64,000 bases of DNA from Octopus vulgaris. Lineage: Eukaryota. The position numbers and the translations under genes are program-made. Of the stretch, positions 24,897 through 36,530 are shown in pieces. The stretch covers positions 15,252,001 to 15,316,000 of the forward strand of contig OX597816.1 of the NCBI GenBank assembly GCA_951406725.2, written 5' to 3'. The notes under the pieces are model-generated. The model did no database searches. It saw nothing but the letters and a program-made list of their open reading frames with translations, and was not told the origin of the DNA. Within the stretch, counting starts at the first letter, position 1; each line of letters opens with the position of its first letter.

Positions 24897-26836
24897 GAAT
24901 AAGTACTAGGCTTACAAAGAATAAGTCCTGGGGTCGATTTGCTTGACTAAAGGCGGTGCTCCAGCATGGCCGCAGTCAAATGACTGAAACAAGTAAGAGA
25001 GTAAAAGAGAGTATCATCATCATCATCATCGTCGTTTAGCGTCCGTTTTCCATGCTAGCATGGGTTGGACAGTTCTATTGGGGTCTGTGAAGCCAGAAGG
25101 CTTCATCAGGCCCAGTCAAATCTGGCAGTGTTTCTACGGCTGGATGCCCTTCCTAACGCCAACCACTCCGTGAGTGTAGTGGGTGCTTTTTACATGCCAC
25201 CCGCACAGGTGCCAGACAGAGCTGGCAAACGGCCACGAACGGATGGTGCTTTTTATGTGCCACTGGCACAAGGGCCAGGCGAGGCTGGCAACGGACACGA
25301 AACGGGGCGGCACTGGTAACACATCTGCAATTTCCATTGATCGATTTCCATTCTGATCCTCACTTGCCTCAACGGGTCTTCACAAGTAGAGTTTCGACAT
25401 GTTGAAATTCCAACGAAGGAGCCTTGGATCTTGTTTAGAAACCAACTCTTTCTCTATTGGCAAGAAATCTTGAAATAAAACTGAACAATGACACACATAC
25501 ATATATATGTATGTGGTTACGTTATGATAAAAAATATCCACCAATAGGCGCAGGAGTGGCTGTGTGGTAAGTAGCTGGCTTACCAACCACATGGTTCTGG
25601 GTTCAGTCCCACTGCGTGGCACCTTGCACAAGTGTCTTCTACTATTGCCTCGGGCCGACCAAAGCATTGTGAGTGGATTTGGTTGACGGAAACTGAAAGA
25701 AGCCCGTTGTATATATGTATATACATATATATATCTGTATGTGTGTGTATATGTTTGTGTGCTTGTGTTTCTTTCCCAACATCACTTGACAACCGATGTT
25801 GGTGTGTTTACATTCCCATAACTTAGCGGTTCAGCAAAAGAGTCCGATAGAATAAGTACTAGGCTTACAAAGAATAAGTCCTGGGGTCGATTTGCTTGAC
25901 TAAAGGCGGTGCTCCAGCATGGCCGCAGTCAAATGACTGAAACAAGTAAGAGAGTAAAAGAGAGTATCATCATCATCATCATCGTCGTTTAGCGTCCGTT
26001 TTCCATGCTAGCATGGGTTGGACGGCTCTATTGGGGTCTGTGAAGCCAGAAGGCTTCATCAGGCCCAGTCAAATCTGGCAGTGTTTCTACGGCTGGATGC
26101 CCTTCCTAACGCCAACCACTCCGTGAGTGTAGTGGGTGCTTTTTACATGCCACCCGCACAGGTGCCAGACAGAGCTGGCAAACGGCCACGAACGGATGGT
26201 GCTTTTTATGTGCCACTGGCACAAGGGCCAGGCGAGGCTGGCAACGGACACGAAACGGGGCGGCACTGGTAACACATCTGCAATTTCCATTGATCGATTT
26301 CCATTCTGATCCTCACTTGCCTCAACGGGTCTTCACAAGTAGAGTTTCGACATGTTGAAATTCCAACGAAGGAGCCTTGGATCTTGTTTAGAAACCAACT
26401 CTTTCTCTATTGGCAAGAAATCTTGAAATAAAACTGAACAATGACACACATACATATATATGTATGTGGTTACGTTATGATAAAAAATATCCACCAATAG
26501 GCGCAGGAGTGGCTGTGTGGTAAGTAGCTGGCTTACCAACCACATGGTTCTGGGTTCAGTCCCACTGCGTGGCACCTTGCACAAGTGTCTTCTACTATTG
26601 CCTCGGGCCGACCAAAGCGTTGTGAGTGGATTTGGTTGACGGAAACTGAAAGAAACCCGTTGTATATATGTATATACATATATATATCTGTATGTGTGTG
26701 TATATGTTTGTGTGTTGTGTTTCTTTCCCAACATCACTTGACAACCGATGTTGGTGTGTTTACATTCCCATAACTTAGCGGTTCAGCAAAAGAGTCCGAT
26801 AGAATAAGTACTAGGCTTACAAAGAATAAGTCCTGG
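24897..26836 (+). repeat. 953-bp near-identical tandem duplication (24897-25849 / 25850-26801) containing SINE C and SINE B
   Basis: About 5 differences seen by eye; duplicated ORFs 25065/26018 and 25134/26087. Confidence 0.97.
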
Positions 26837-27479
26837 TGTTGATTTGTTCGACTAAAGGCGGTGCTCCAGCATGGCCGCAGTCAAATGACTGAAACAAGTA
26901 AAAGAGTAAAAGAGTAAGAGTAAGATGCCACACAGTGGGATTGAACCTGAAACGACATAGTTGCAAAGTGAGATTTTTAAACATGCAGCCATACCTTTGA
27001 AAACATCACAAAGATAATGAAGAATGCGAGAATGAAAATGAAGCACAGCAACAAGGGAAACCGAATTTATGTCACAGACTTTGTTCCAATGACTGTGAGA
27101 TTTACGTCTACTCTACAATTCTTGCATCAATAATGCCAAACTTACCGATACTTGATTAGGAATCCAGGCAGTCTTAATAAACAAAACTTCTTTAGAACTT
27201 TCACATACTTACAGAATAAGATGTCCAAAGAAGACAAAAAAAGAACGGAACAGCATGTAATTTTGTCTGCAGAATTTTTCACTCAAACTGAATCCTGCAA
27301 GTGAAATTTTAGACTATTTCACAATTTACTGACATCAGAGCAGTTAGTTTCTTTCTTTTCTTTTTCCTTTTTTTTTTTTGTATTTTTGTACTTTTGTAGT
27401 TTTGTCTGTGTCTATTTTTATTGTTGTTCTTCATCCATACTAATTTGCAGGAGTGGAAGCGAAATAAAAGAAGACATTG

Positions 27480-28782
27480 AACATATGATGGTGATGGTGG
27501 TGTGGGCGTGTGTGTGTAGATGTGGAGGTTTTGTGCTTGAGAGGATAGCGAGGGTGATAATGATGATGATGGTGATTATGATGATTATGATGCTGATGGT
27601 GGTAGTGGTGGTGGGGTGGGGGTAATGATGATGATGATGATAATGGTAATGGCGATGTAGAGGTGGTGGTGGTGGTGGCAGTGGTAGCGGTGTTGGTGGT
27701 TGGGAGGTCGATAATGATGGCAAGCATGGTTTTGGTGGTAATGGTTGTGCTAGTGGTGGTGATGATGAAGAAGGTGATGATGATGATGATGATGATGATG
27801 ATGGTTGCAATATGGTAGCGGTTGTGGTTGTGAGGGTGATGGTGGTGTTGGCAGTAATGGTGGTGGTGATGATGATGACAATAATGACAATGATGACAAA
27901 GGTGGCAGTGATGGTGATGGTGTTGCTGCCACTGCTGCTGCTGATGATGATAATGATGATGATGATGATGAACAGATGATGTTACTGATAAAGAGAAGGA
28001 ATAGGAGGAGGAAGAGAAGGTGGAGAGGAGGAAGAAGAGGAGGAAGAGAGAAAGACGAGGAAGAAGATGAGGAAGAGAGAAAGACGAGGAAGAAGAGGAG
28101 GGAGAGAGAAAGACAACGAAGAAGAGGAGGAGAAATAAGAGGAAAGGAAGAAGTGGAGGAGGAAGAGGAAGAAAAGGAAAGGAAAAAGAAGAGGAGAGGA
28201 AGAAGAAGAGGAAAGGAAGAAGTGGAGGAAGAGGAGGAAGAAGAGGAGCAGGAATAAGAGGAAAGGAAGAGAGGAAGAAGAAGAAGAAAGGGAGGAAGAA
28301 GAAGAGGAAGAGGGGGAAGAAGGAGAAGAAAGGGAGGAGACAGAAGGAGGAGGGGGGACGTGGAAGATGATTACAATGGTGGCTGGAGCAATAATGACAA
28401 TGATGGAAATTGTAGTGGCAGTGTAATTGGTAATAATAGTGGTAATTGTGGCAGTAGGAGTGGTGGGGGAGGTGTATGGGTTGGTGGGGTTAGAGTGTAG
28501 AGTGTAGTGGTGGTGGTGGTGGTTGCGATGAGGATGAAAAGAATTAGAACAATGGCAATGGTGATGATGGTGACAACAATGATGATGACAATGATGATGA
28601 TGATGATGATGAGGAGGAGGAGGAGGATGAGGATGATGACTGTGACAATGGTGATAACAACCATGGTGATGTCAACGTCAGTGATGAAACTCTACTGCGA
28701 CTGCAGCTGCTGCAGCTAGTGATAATCATGATGATGCTGATGATGGTGGTGGTGGTGGTGGTGGTGGTGGTGGTGGTGGTGG

Positions 28783-28823
<41 letters not shown>

Positions 28824-28853
28824 GTGTTGGTTGTAATGCTGGTGATGATGAAA

Positions 28854-28885
<32 letters not shown>

Positions 28886-29100
28886 GGTGGTGGTGGTAGT
28901 GGTGGTAGTAACGGTGGGGTGAGGGTAATGATGATGATGATGATGCTGGTGGTGGTGGTGGTTGTTGTGGTGGTGGTGGTAATGCTGGTAATGATGATGA
29001 TGATGATGATGATAATAATGATGACTGTGGTGGTAGTGGTGGTGGGGTGGGGGTAATGATGATGGTGATGGTGATGATGATGATGAAAATAATGATGATA
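27480..29100. repeat. ~1.6-kb (GGT)/(GAT)/(GAR) compound low-complexity tract
   Basis: Direct reading. Confidence 0.9.
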
Positions 29101-29574
29101 AGTGTATATGTCAGTACAGAATTACAGGGTTTGGTAAACTTATATCAATGGTATACCTCATTTCCATCTCAGTTCCAGGTGTCAGTGGAAGGAATCTGAG
29201 TAAAACAGGAAAGGAAATTGCAAACCATTTATTTCCGTCGATCCTAGCGCCACATCTAAAAACAGGCGGTCGGTCATTATAAATGATCGCGTCTGTTTTT
29301 AAACTGCTACAAGCAGCCTCAAAGACTTTGTTGCCTTCATATTAATATTGATTTCTGTTTTCCTTACTTTTATAGAAATTCTTGGATCTGTCGAGAAAGA
29401 GAAAATGAGATTCTGTGATACTCATTCGTTTCCTTATCTTGATATTTAACAAAAGATAAAGCAGTGAGTGATGTAGTAGAATCACCAGCATTTTGTCCAT
29501 CTTCGTGTTCTGAGTTCAAATTCTGCCGAGGTCCACTTAGCCTGTCATTCTTTGGGGTTGATAAACTAAGTACC

Positions 29575-29818
29575 ATTGTTCTATATTTTAGAGATGTGGA
29601 ATTCTGTACATTATTCACATTGGATGGATATGTGTCCTCATCTTGTTTGTTGTTACCACAACGTTTCAGCTGATTTACTCTCCAGCCTTCATCAGGTGTC
29701 CTGGTAGCATTTTGAACCCAACCCTGGGTTCTCATTCCTAAGGTATTTTTTTGCTGATGTTGTTATCATTCTTCTTCTTCTTCTTCTTCTTCTTCTTCTT
29801 CTTCTTCTTCTTCTTCTT

Positions 29819-29907
<89 letters not shown>

Positions 29908-29932
29908 CATTCTTCTTCTTTTTCTTCTTCTT

Positions 29933-30001
<69 letters not shown>

Positions 30002-30058
30002 TCAAGGCACTGCCTGGAATTGAACTTGCAATCTTTGGGTTAGTAGCCACTACCACCA
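29575..30058 (-). mobile_element. tRNA-headed SINE-like element with internal (AAT)n/(GAA)n and a 3' hammerhead ribozyme
   Basis: Minus strand: TGGTGGTAGTGG (A-box-like), GGCTACTAACC (anticodon-arm-like), AGTTCAATTCC (B box), then microsatellite, then the HHR segment. Confidence 0.6.
29655..29700 (-). ncRNA. Minimal hammerhead ribozyme motif, canonical core
   Basis: GACAC-CTGATGA-A-GGCTG(GAGAGTAAAT)CAGCT-GAAAC-GTT-GTGGT. Confidence 0.75.
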
Positions 30059-30598
30059 TCATCTATAAACACATACATGCACACACACACACACACACAC
30101 ACACATGTCCACACATATGCTCGCACAAACATGTGCACACACACTATACATACACACACCTAACCAGTTTCCCTATCACTTTCATTTAGTACCCACAGGA
30201 ATTGGTCAACCCAAATCTATAGCAGAAGAGACTTGCCCTAGGTATGCATGATGGTGTGGGATTGAACCTGCATCATGTTGTTGAGAAATGAACTTGGAAA
30301 ACCACACAACCATACTGGCACCCAACACTACAGAAATTAGGAAACGCTATTGTGAGACATTGCTTTCTTTCTTCTAATCAACAAACAATGTAAGTCAATT
30401 CATTCTTTTTCCAGTCAATTCTGAAAGGATAATGATAGGATTGGAAGTAGAAAGTAAAGTCTGCTGCCGTTTGGTCCAGTTGTCCACTTTTATAAACTAA
30501 TCTAGACTCTACATAATGGACATATCAGTTTTGCTTCACTGCTCACTGCTTAACACTTTGCCATTCAGATCACTCTGTCAAATGTAATGCTTATATTT

Positions 30599-31407
30599 AT
30601 TAGCTCCATCTTAGCAAAGGCAGAGGTATTGTTTCCAGTTGCATTTGTTTGTCTGTGGACAAGATATCTCAAGAACCACTGGATGGATTTGGATGGAATC
30701 TTTCAGGGATGTTTGGCCTCATGACTGACACAAACTAATTAGATTTTGGAATCGATCCAGTACTAGACAAGGATTACTCTTTTACTCTTTTACTTGTTTC
30801 AGTCATTTGACTGTGGCCATACTGGAGCACTGCTTTTAGTCGAACAAATCAACCCCAGGACTTATTCTTTGTAAGCCTAGCACTTATTCTATCGATCTCT
30901 TTTGCCGAACTGCTAAGTTACGGGGACGTAAACACACCAGCGTTGGTTGTCAAGCGATGTTGGGGGGGGGGGGGACAAACACAGACACACAAACATATAC
31001 ACACACACATACATATATATACATATATATGTATACATATATACGACGAGCTTCTTTCAGTTTCCGTCTACCAAATCCATTCACAAGGCTTTGGTCGGCT
31101 TGAGGCTATAGTAGAATACACTTGCTCAAGGTGCCATGCAATGGGACTAAACCTGGAACCATGTGGTTCATAAGCAAGCTACTTACCACACAGCCACTCC
31201 TACGCCTATATATGATTCTGGATTATTTTTCCTGTTTTTTTTTACTTAAATTTTTGAGAACAGTTGGGTTCATTTTTAGTATTCTCATTTGTAAGAGCAG
31301 TCCAGTTTATTTCAGATATTCTCATTTAAAAAATCATCTCTGGCTCATCGTTGAGAGGATGTTAGTGTTGCCTTGGCAGAGGTTTGCGCTCACTGAGTGC
31401 TCTTGTT
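30599..31407 (+). mobile_element. Helentron-associated (HINE/DINE-like) non-autonomous element
   Basis: 5' TTAGCTCCATCTTAGCAAAGGCAGAGG; 3' subterminal IR CCTTGGCAGAGG, hairpin GCGCTCACTGAGTGC, terminal TT; internal (TTTG)/(TCTG) and GATGGATTTGGATG motifs. Confidence 0.75.
30775..31210 (-). mobile_element. Full-length SINE B nested in the HINE
   Basis: Head GGCGTAGGAGTGGCTGTGTGG, tail AAAAGAGT repeats, short GATT TSD. Confidence 0.9.
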
Positions 31408-32906
31408 TACATTGTTTTGAATTAATCATACATTATCTGATAGCTTCAAAGTTTTTGATGACGTGATTGTATATTTTTAGAATGACATTGTAGGGTAGGT
31501 TTGAGAGGCCAGATATCACTGGTTTGAATGTTATACAGGTAGAATATTTGGGCCAGATATAGCCAGTTTAAGTGCTGAAGGGTCAATTAAACCTGTTGAT
31601 ACCAATCTGTTCCAAACTGTTTGAAGTTCTGCTATACAAATTTCCTGTTTTAAAATGATCTAAATCAAAACATTCTCTCAAAATCTTATGTTTGTTCATG
31701 TTTATCGTAAAATAATTCTGCTTGTAGTTATATTAATATTTCTAATTCTGCTTGTCATTGTGTTACTTAGCCTGTCGGTAACTCTTTCACATGATTAGAG
31801 AAAAGAGGGAGAAAGAAAAGAAGAAGAGAGAAATAGAGGGAGGGAGAAAAAGAGAGAGAGAGAAGCAGCCATGATGTAAGTTAGAGGGGATGTAATTGTA
31901 ATGCTTTCACATGATTAATTGAAGGGAAAGAGGAGAAAGTAAAAAAGGAGAGAGAAAAGAGGGTAAGGTGAAGAGTGGGACAGAAAGAGGGAGAAAAAAG
32001 AGGGAAAGAAAAGTGTTCATGATGTGGGGTATGGGGAACGTAATGTTTATTACGTAGTTAAAAAAGTTAGTTGAAGATAGAAGAGGAGAATTAAAAATAT
32101 AATTTTAGCAGAGGGGTGATGTTCTGATGGTGAGGTTAAAAAAAGCACAGAGAGATGGGTGAGAGAAAAAAGGTGAGAGAGAGAGAGTGATGATGAGGAT
32201 GATAATGATGGTGGTGATAGTGGTGGCAGTTGAGATGGCGGTAGTGGTGGTGGTAACTGGTTAGTAAACATGTATTTTTAAAAATTGAACTAAGTTTTTT
32301 TATCACTTATCACTTAACACATGCATATAAGTGCAATTTCGTGAAACATTCACACTTATGTGGCAGATATATATATATCAACAGGATATTTTTGTATGTA
32401 TGTATGTATGTATGTACGTGTGTATGTACAGGACATTTCTTTTTTTGTTTATGAGAAAATTGGTAAAAGAGGAGTGAATATCTATTCTATGAGTGCTGTG
32501 TATTAAGTCTATAAAATTGTGTGTAAAGTATATAAAGTGCATTAAGTAATCATCATATTCCAGTTTCTTTCACTTTCCAATGAATAGCAGATGAGCAACT
32601 ATCTTTCCATACAGACACAACACAAGCTTACATTTTCAGGTTTTTTGGATAAAGATTTCAGAAATAACCCAACAGGTTTCCCATTAATTCTGGGAAATAT
32701 TCATGGTTCCTGCTAGTATATAATAATGACAAAATTATTTTCATAAATTCTACATTATTTTCAAAGTTAATTGAAACAGATACAGTTTGACAGAAATATG
32801 AATGTGATTGCAGAAAGGTTAAAGCAGTGAGCCACTTCCTTCTGTGAATCTTATTTAAAGTTTAAAGGGCAGAGTTACTGAGAGTTAGTGTCTTGTTATT
32901 ATAGAT

Positions 32907-33651
32907 CAGTGGTTCCCAAACTTTCTCAGGCTGCCATCCTTTTGACACTCACCCCAACTAACCATCACAGATGTAAACCTTATAATGGAACTGGTTGATT
33001 CTTTACACTGTTTGGGAGCACCCAATTTCTTTTCTTTAGTTTCCAGAAACTACCAGTCAGGAACAAGAATGCAACCTTAAAAATATATATAACTCTTTAT
33101 TTTCTTATTTACAATAGAAGTACGTTGGTATATTGGTATCCACTTGGTTCGATATAGCAAGGCTGAATTTTAACATTTGTAAGATAAACCTCACAACAAA
33201 TTCAGCAGCAACAGAGCTGGTCAAATCCTAAGCGTCTGGGACAGGAGAATAGGCTGATCACACGTTTAACATGTCCTTTCTCTTCAATAGCCATGTCTCA
33301 AGTCAACGACGCTAACAAGGAATGCGATACAATTTTCTTCCCCAGTCTCTAGCGCATGTGCATGAGGGAACTTCCTTAGGCCTTTCCAGAAGGTTCCAGC
33401 CCCGCACACGCACACTGGGAAATGACATCACTACAACCTTTTTCTGAAGCAAATTCAAAGCAACTGTATTTCACAAATAAAACTTAACCTAAGGGACCCA
33501 TTATTTTGTTGTTTTTACATCAATCGTTACTCCATTATCGCCCCACTTTTTACATGAATTGTTATCCCATTATCACCTCACTTTTTCAATGCCCCCTTGG
33601 AACTTTCCACTACTTCAAGAAGGGCAATACTGCCCACTTTGGGAACCACTG
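32907..33651. mobile_element. Non-autonomous hAT (Charlie-like) element
   Basis: Perfect 14-bp TIR CAGTGGTTCCCAAA; perfect 8-bp TSD TTATAGAT (32899-32906, 33652-33659). Confidence 0.93.
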
Positions 33652-33715
33652 TTATAGATGCACCACCCACCTCACTATTACTCCCTCCTACCTGATAAGG
33701 AGGTTTTTGTCTTGC

Positions 33716-33980
33716 TCATCATCATCATCATTGTTCGACCGTGGTCGAGACAATGGAATTTACCATGCTACGTCAGACTTCACGGTCCATCATGGCATTA
33801 CGGAGGTCCTGTTGCTGGATGCCTGTATCCCTGGAGATTACATCAGGGTAGGAGAGTGTGCGCCCTCTGGTATTGCAAGTAGATGGCTTCCAGAGGAGAA
33901 AAGTAGAAATTACCTCTTTTTCAGCTCTACAACAATGTCCAGCAAACTGGACTCTCTTACTTTTCACGAGAGATGACACA
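33716..33980 (-). mobile_element. RTE LINE 3' end
   Basis: KRVQFAGHCCR..E.ISTFLLWKP...RGRTLSYPDVISRDTG....L.NAM.DR; (ATG)n tail. Confidence 0.85.
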
Positions 33981-34647
33981 GGTCTTGCTAGTGTCACATA
34001 AAAAGCACCCAGTATACTCTATAAAGTGATTGGTATTAGGAAGGTCAACCAAACTATAGAAACCACGTTAAGACAGACAATGGGGCCTGGTCTAGCACCC
34101 AGCCTAACCTACTCCTGTCAAACCATCCAATCCATACCAGCATGGAAAACAGATGTTAAATGATACGGATGCTGATGTGGCCCCAAAACAGCAATATATG
34201 AACCAATGAAACCCTTCTGTTATATTTCTGTTGAAATACACTGCCTTTGCTTTAATTAATTTTGAAAATAATGAAAAATTTAGAAAAATGATTTTGTCAT
34301 TATTAAACTGGTGTTTTGAGCAGAATTCATCATGAAATTTTGATGGAGTGTTTTCATTTTTTATTCAGATCTCTTTAAAACAGTAAGTTTATATTACAGA
34401 ACCAGAATAGTATGGTTGTTTCATGTTATGCTAAGAAACAGTGCATGATGCTAGAATTTTTGACTCCAAATTGTTATTATTAAACTAATACAAGTCAATG
34501 GCAGTTCAAACAAACTGGAAGTGATTCCATTTATGTTGATACTTTAACAACAGTTTGGAGCAGTTTCTTATATTTAACTCGAGTCAAAACCTCTGGTACA
34601 GTGAACTGCTTCATTAGCATAATACGATATATATATATATATATATA

Positions 34648-34855
34648 GTTAATCCAAACAAGAAAACACAAAAAAACACAACAACGCGAGGACGTGGAAC
34701 AAATATAGTATTATTGGATGCTCAGGAAAGAAGGGAAGAAGGAGGGTTTTACGTTTTGAGCGGAGTTCTTCATTGGAAACATAGGAGAAGGTAAGATCCC
34801 GAGAAGGGAAGACAGAGGAAAAAAAATCGCCAACGGTACACACAAGGTCACATAT
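34648..34855 (-). mobile_element. PLE terminal repeat homologous to 13440-13644, with a decayed HHR at 34746-34780
   Basis: Reverse complement GTTT-CCAATGA-A-GAAC(TCC)GCTC-AAAAC-GTA-AAAC; abuts (TA)n. Confidence 0.8.
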
Positions 34856-35310
34856 ATATATATATATACACACACACGCACTCACAAATGGAACAAAAGT
34901 GCAATAGAGGGCATTAAAACATTTGGACAGATAGATGACACAAAGGCAGACAAGAGAAACAACAATTAGAAGGACAGGCAAAAAAAAAGACAGGTCATTC
35001 TTGGCTTTCTTTCATCAGTCAAGTCCCAGAAGTCACGACCATTTTGGACAATTACACTTGAAATGGTTCGATCTGGTTGCCTCAAAAAAAAGTCTAAGCT
35101 AAGAGCATTAGACCTCTTTGTAAGAAAGCTAGCGAATTTGTATAGCAGCAAAAGCGAAAAGAAAAAAACAAACAAAAAAAAACAGGCAATCAAAAAACAG
35201 AGAATATGGTACACAATTACAAATACAACAAGAAATAACAACAGGCATCTTTCGACTGAAAACAATTCAAATTGAGCTGGTGTGTATGAAGTTAAAATCT
35301 AAAGGCAGGA

Positions 35311-35346
<36 letters not shown>

Positions 35347-35521
35347 ACACACTCACACACTAACACATACATATGTATCTAAATGTCAAACAATGAGAAT
35401 AAGTGCTCAACACTGTGTTGGTGGATAAAGATACTTTATGTATTAAGGCAACCAACTTGGTTTCATGTTAGATGCAAAAAACAGAAGGGTGATTTTGTAA
35501 ACTGAATAGGCAATGTAATCA

Positions 35522-35608
35522 GAGCCTGAAGATTGTTTGGAGATACAAAGCATTTTATAAAAACCTGCCTAGACTCACATCTCCAGTGCATGAATCTCTT
35601 AGTAGCTC
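35522..35608 (+). ncRNA. Decayed hammerhead motif with extended helix II
   Basis: GAGC-CTGAAGA-..TGGAGAT...ATCTCCA..-GAATCT(CTT)AGTA-GCTC; position 15.1 is T instead of A. Confidence 0.45.
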
Positions 35609-35668
35609 ATAGCTTTATACTGTGTACATTAAACAATATATATGTATGTGTGTGCATACATACATACA

Positions 35669-36187
35669 TGGTGGCTGCACCCTCGTTATCGAGTATGGCC
35701 ATTGCATGAAGCTTAATCAATGTTGTTATCGTGCAATGCCTGTGCAAGAAGATTTTTTTTTTAAAGTGAGGAAAGGCTGTGCACTGAGTCAATCCCACTC
35801 ACTAAGCAACAGCAGCCATAATCCGAAATGAAGAACAGGTCAACATCATCGGTAACCACTGAGCCGCAGGTTTATGTCGGAGTTATCCCAGTTACCTGAG
35901 TTACCTTCTCCTAGAAGGATGCCCTAACAAAGGCTAGGAGTCCTTCACTCCCAATGGTTTAACCGCGTGATCGGGTATTCAGTCCGATTATTTCTATGTC
36001 CGCGCACATGATACAGCCTTAAGACATTTATTGGATGGCCGTTGACTCTCAAGAGTTCCTCCGCCCTTTGACGGGTTTTGTTTTTCATCACGCAGGGTGT
36101 CCAATAAACACCCTCCTCACCAAGCAAGCTTGGTGGGGTTGCCGGTTTAGTCGCTGTCGACCCGACCATGCAACAGGTTGTACTGGG

Positions 36188-36190
<3 letters not shown>
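35669..36190 (-). mobile_element. CpG-rich RTE-derived non-autonomous element inserted in (CATA)n
   Basis: RTE-like 3' hairpin CTCGATAACGAG; structured 5' region; (CATA)n on both flanks. Confidence 0.55.
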
Positions 36191-36218
<28 letters not shown>

Positions 36219-36475
36219 CATACATACATACATACATACATGAATACATACATACATACAAACATGCATAGATACGACCAGCTAATTTGTATATTACAAG
36301 TGCAATCTGTGAGTGGAACAGTAAAAATATACAAGAATTTTTCTCAAGTTCTGAATGTGAATTCGTCTGTGTTAACTACATCCCAAAGATGGAGCCTTGT
36401 ATCTTTGTGGGAAACTGGCTCCCTTCTCAGTGAGAGATTTATAATAATTAAAAAGTAGAAGGGATATACATATAT

Positions 36476-36530
<55 letters not shown>

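Larger units (their letters stand above)
30550..31586 (+). mobile_element. TTAA MITE family 1, host of a nested HINE and SINE
   Basis: TTAACACTTTGCCATT ... AGTGCTGAAGGGTCAA ends; the halves rejoin to match 6080-6289. Confidence 0.7.

Noticed and set aside
25547-25625. tRNA-like sequences at SINE heads
   Set aside because: Only A/B boxes, no full cloverleaf, contiguous with SINE bodies
27805-28257. Acidic/basic low-complexity ORF
   Set aside because: GAT/GAR simple repeats with no unique sequence
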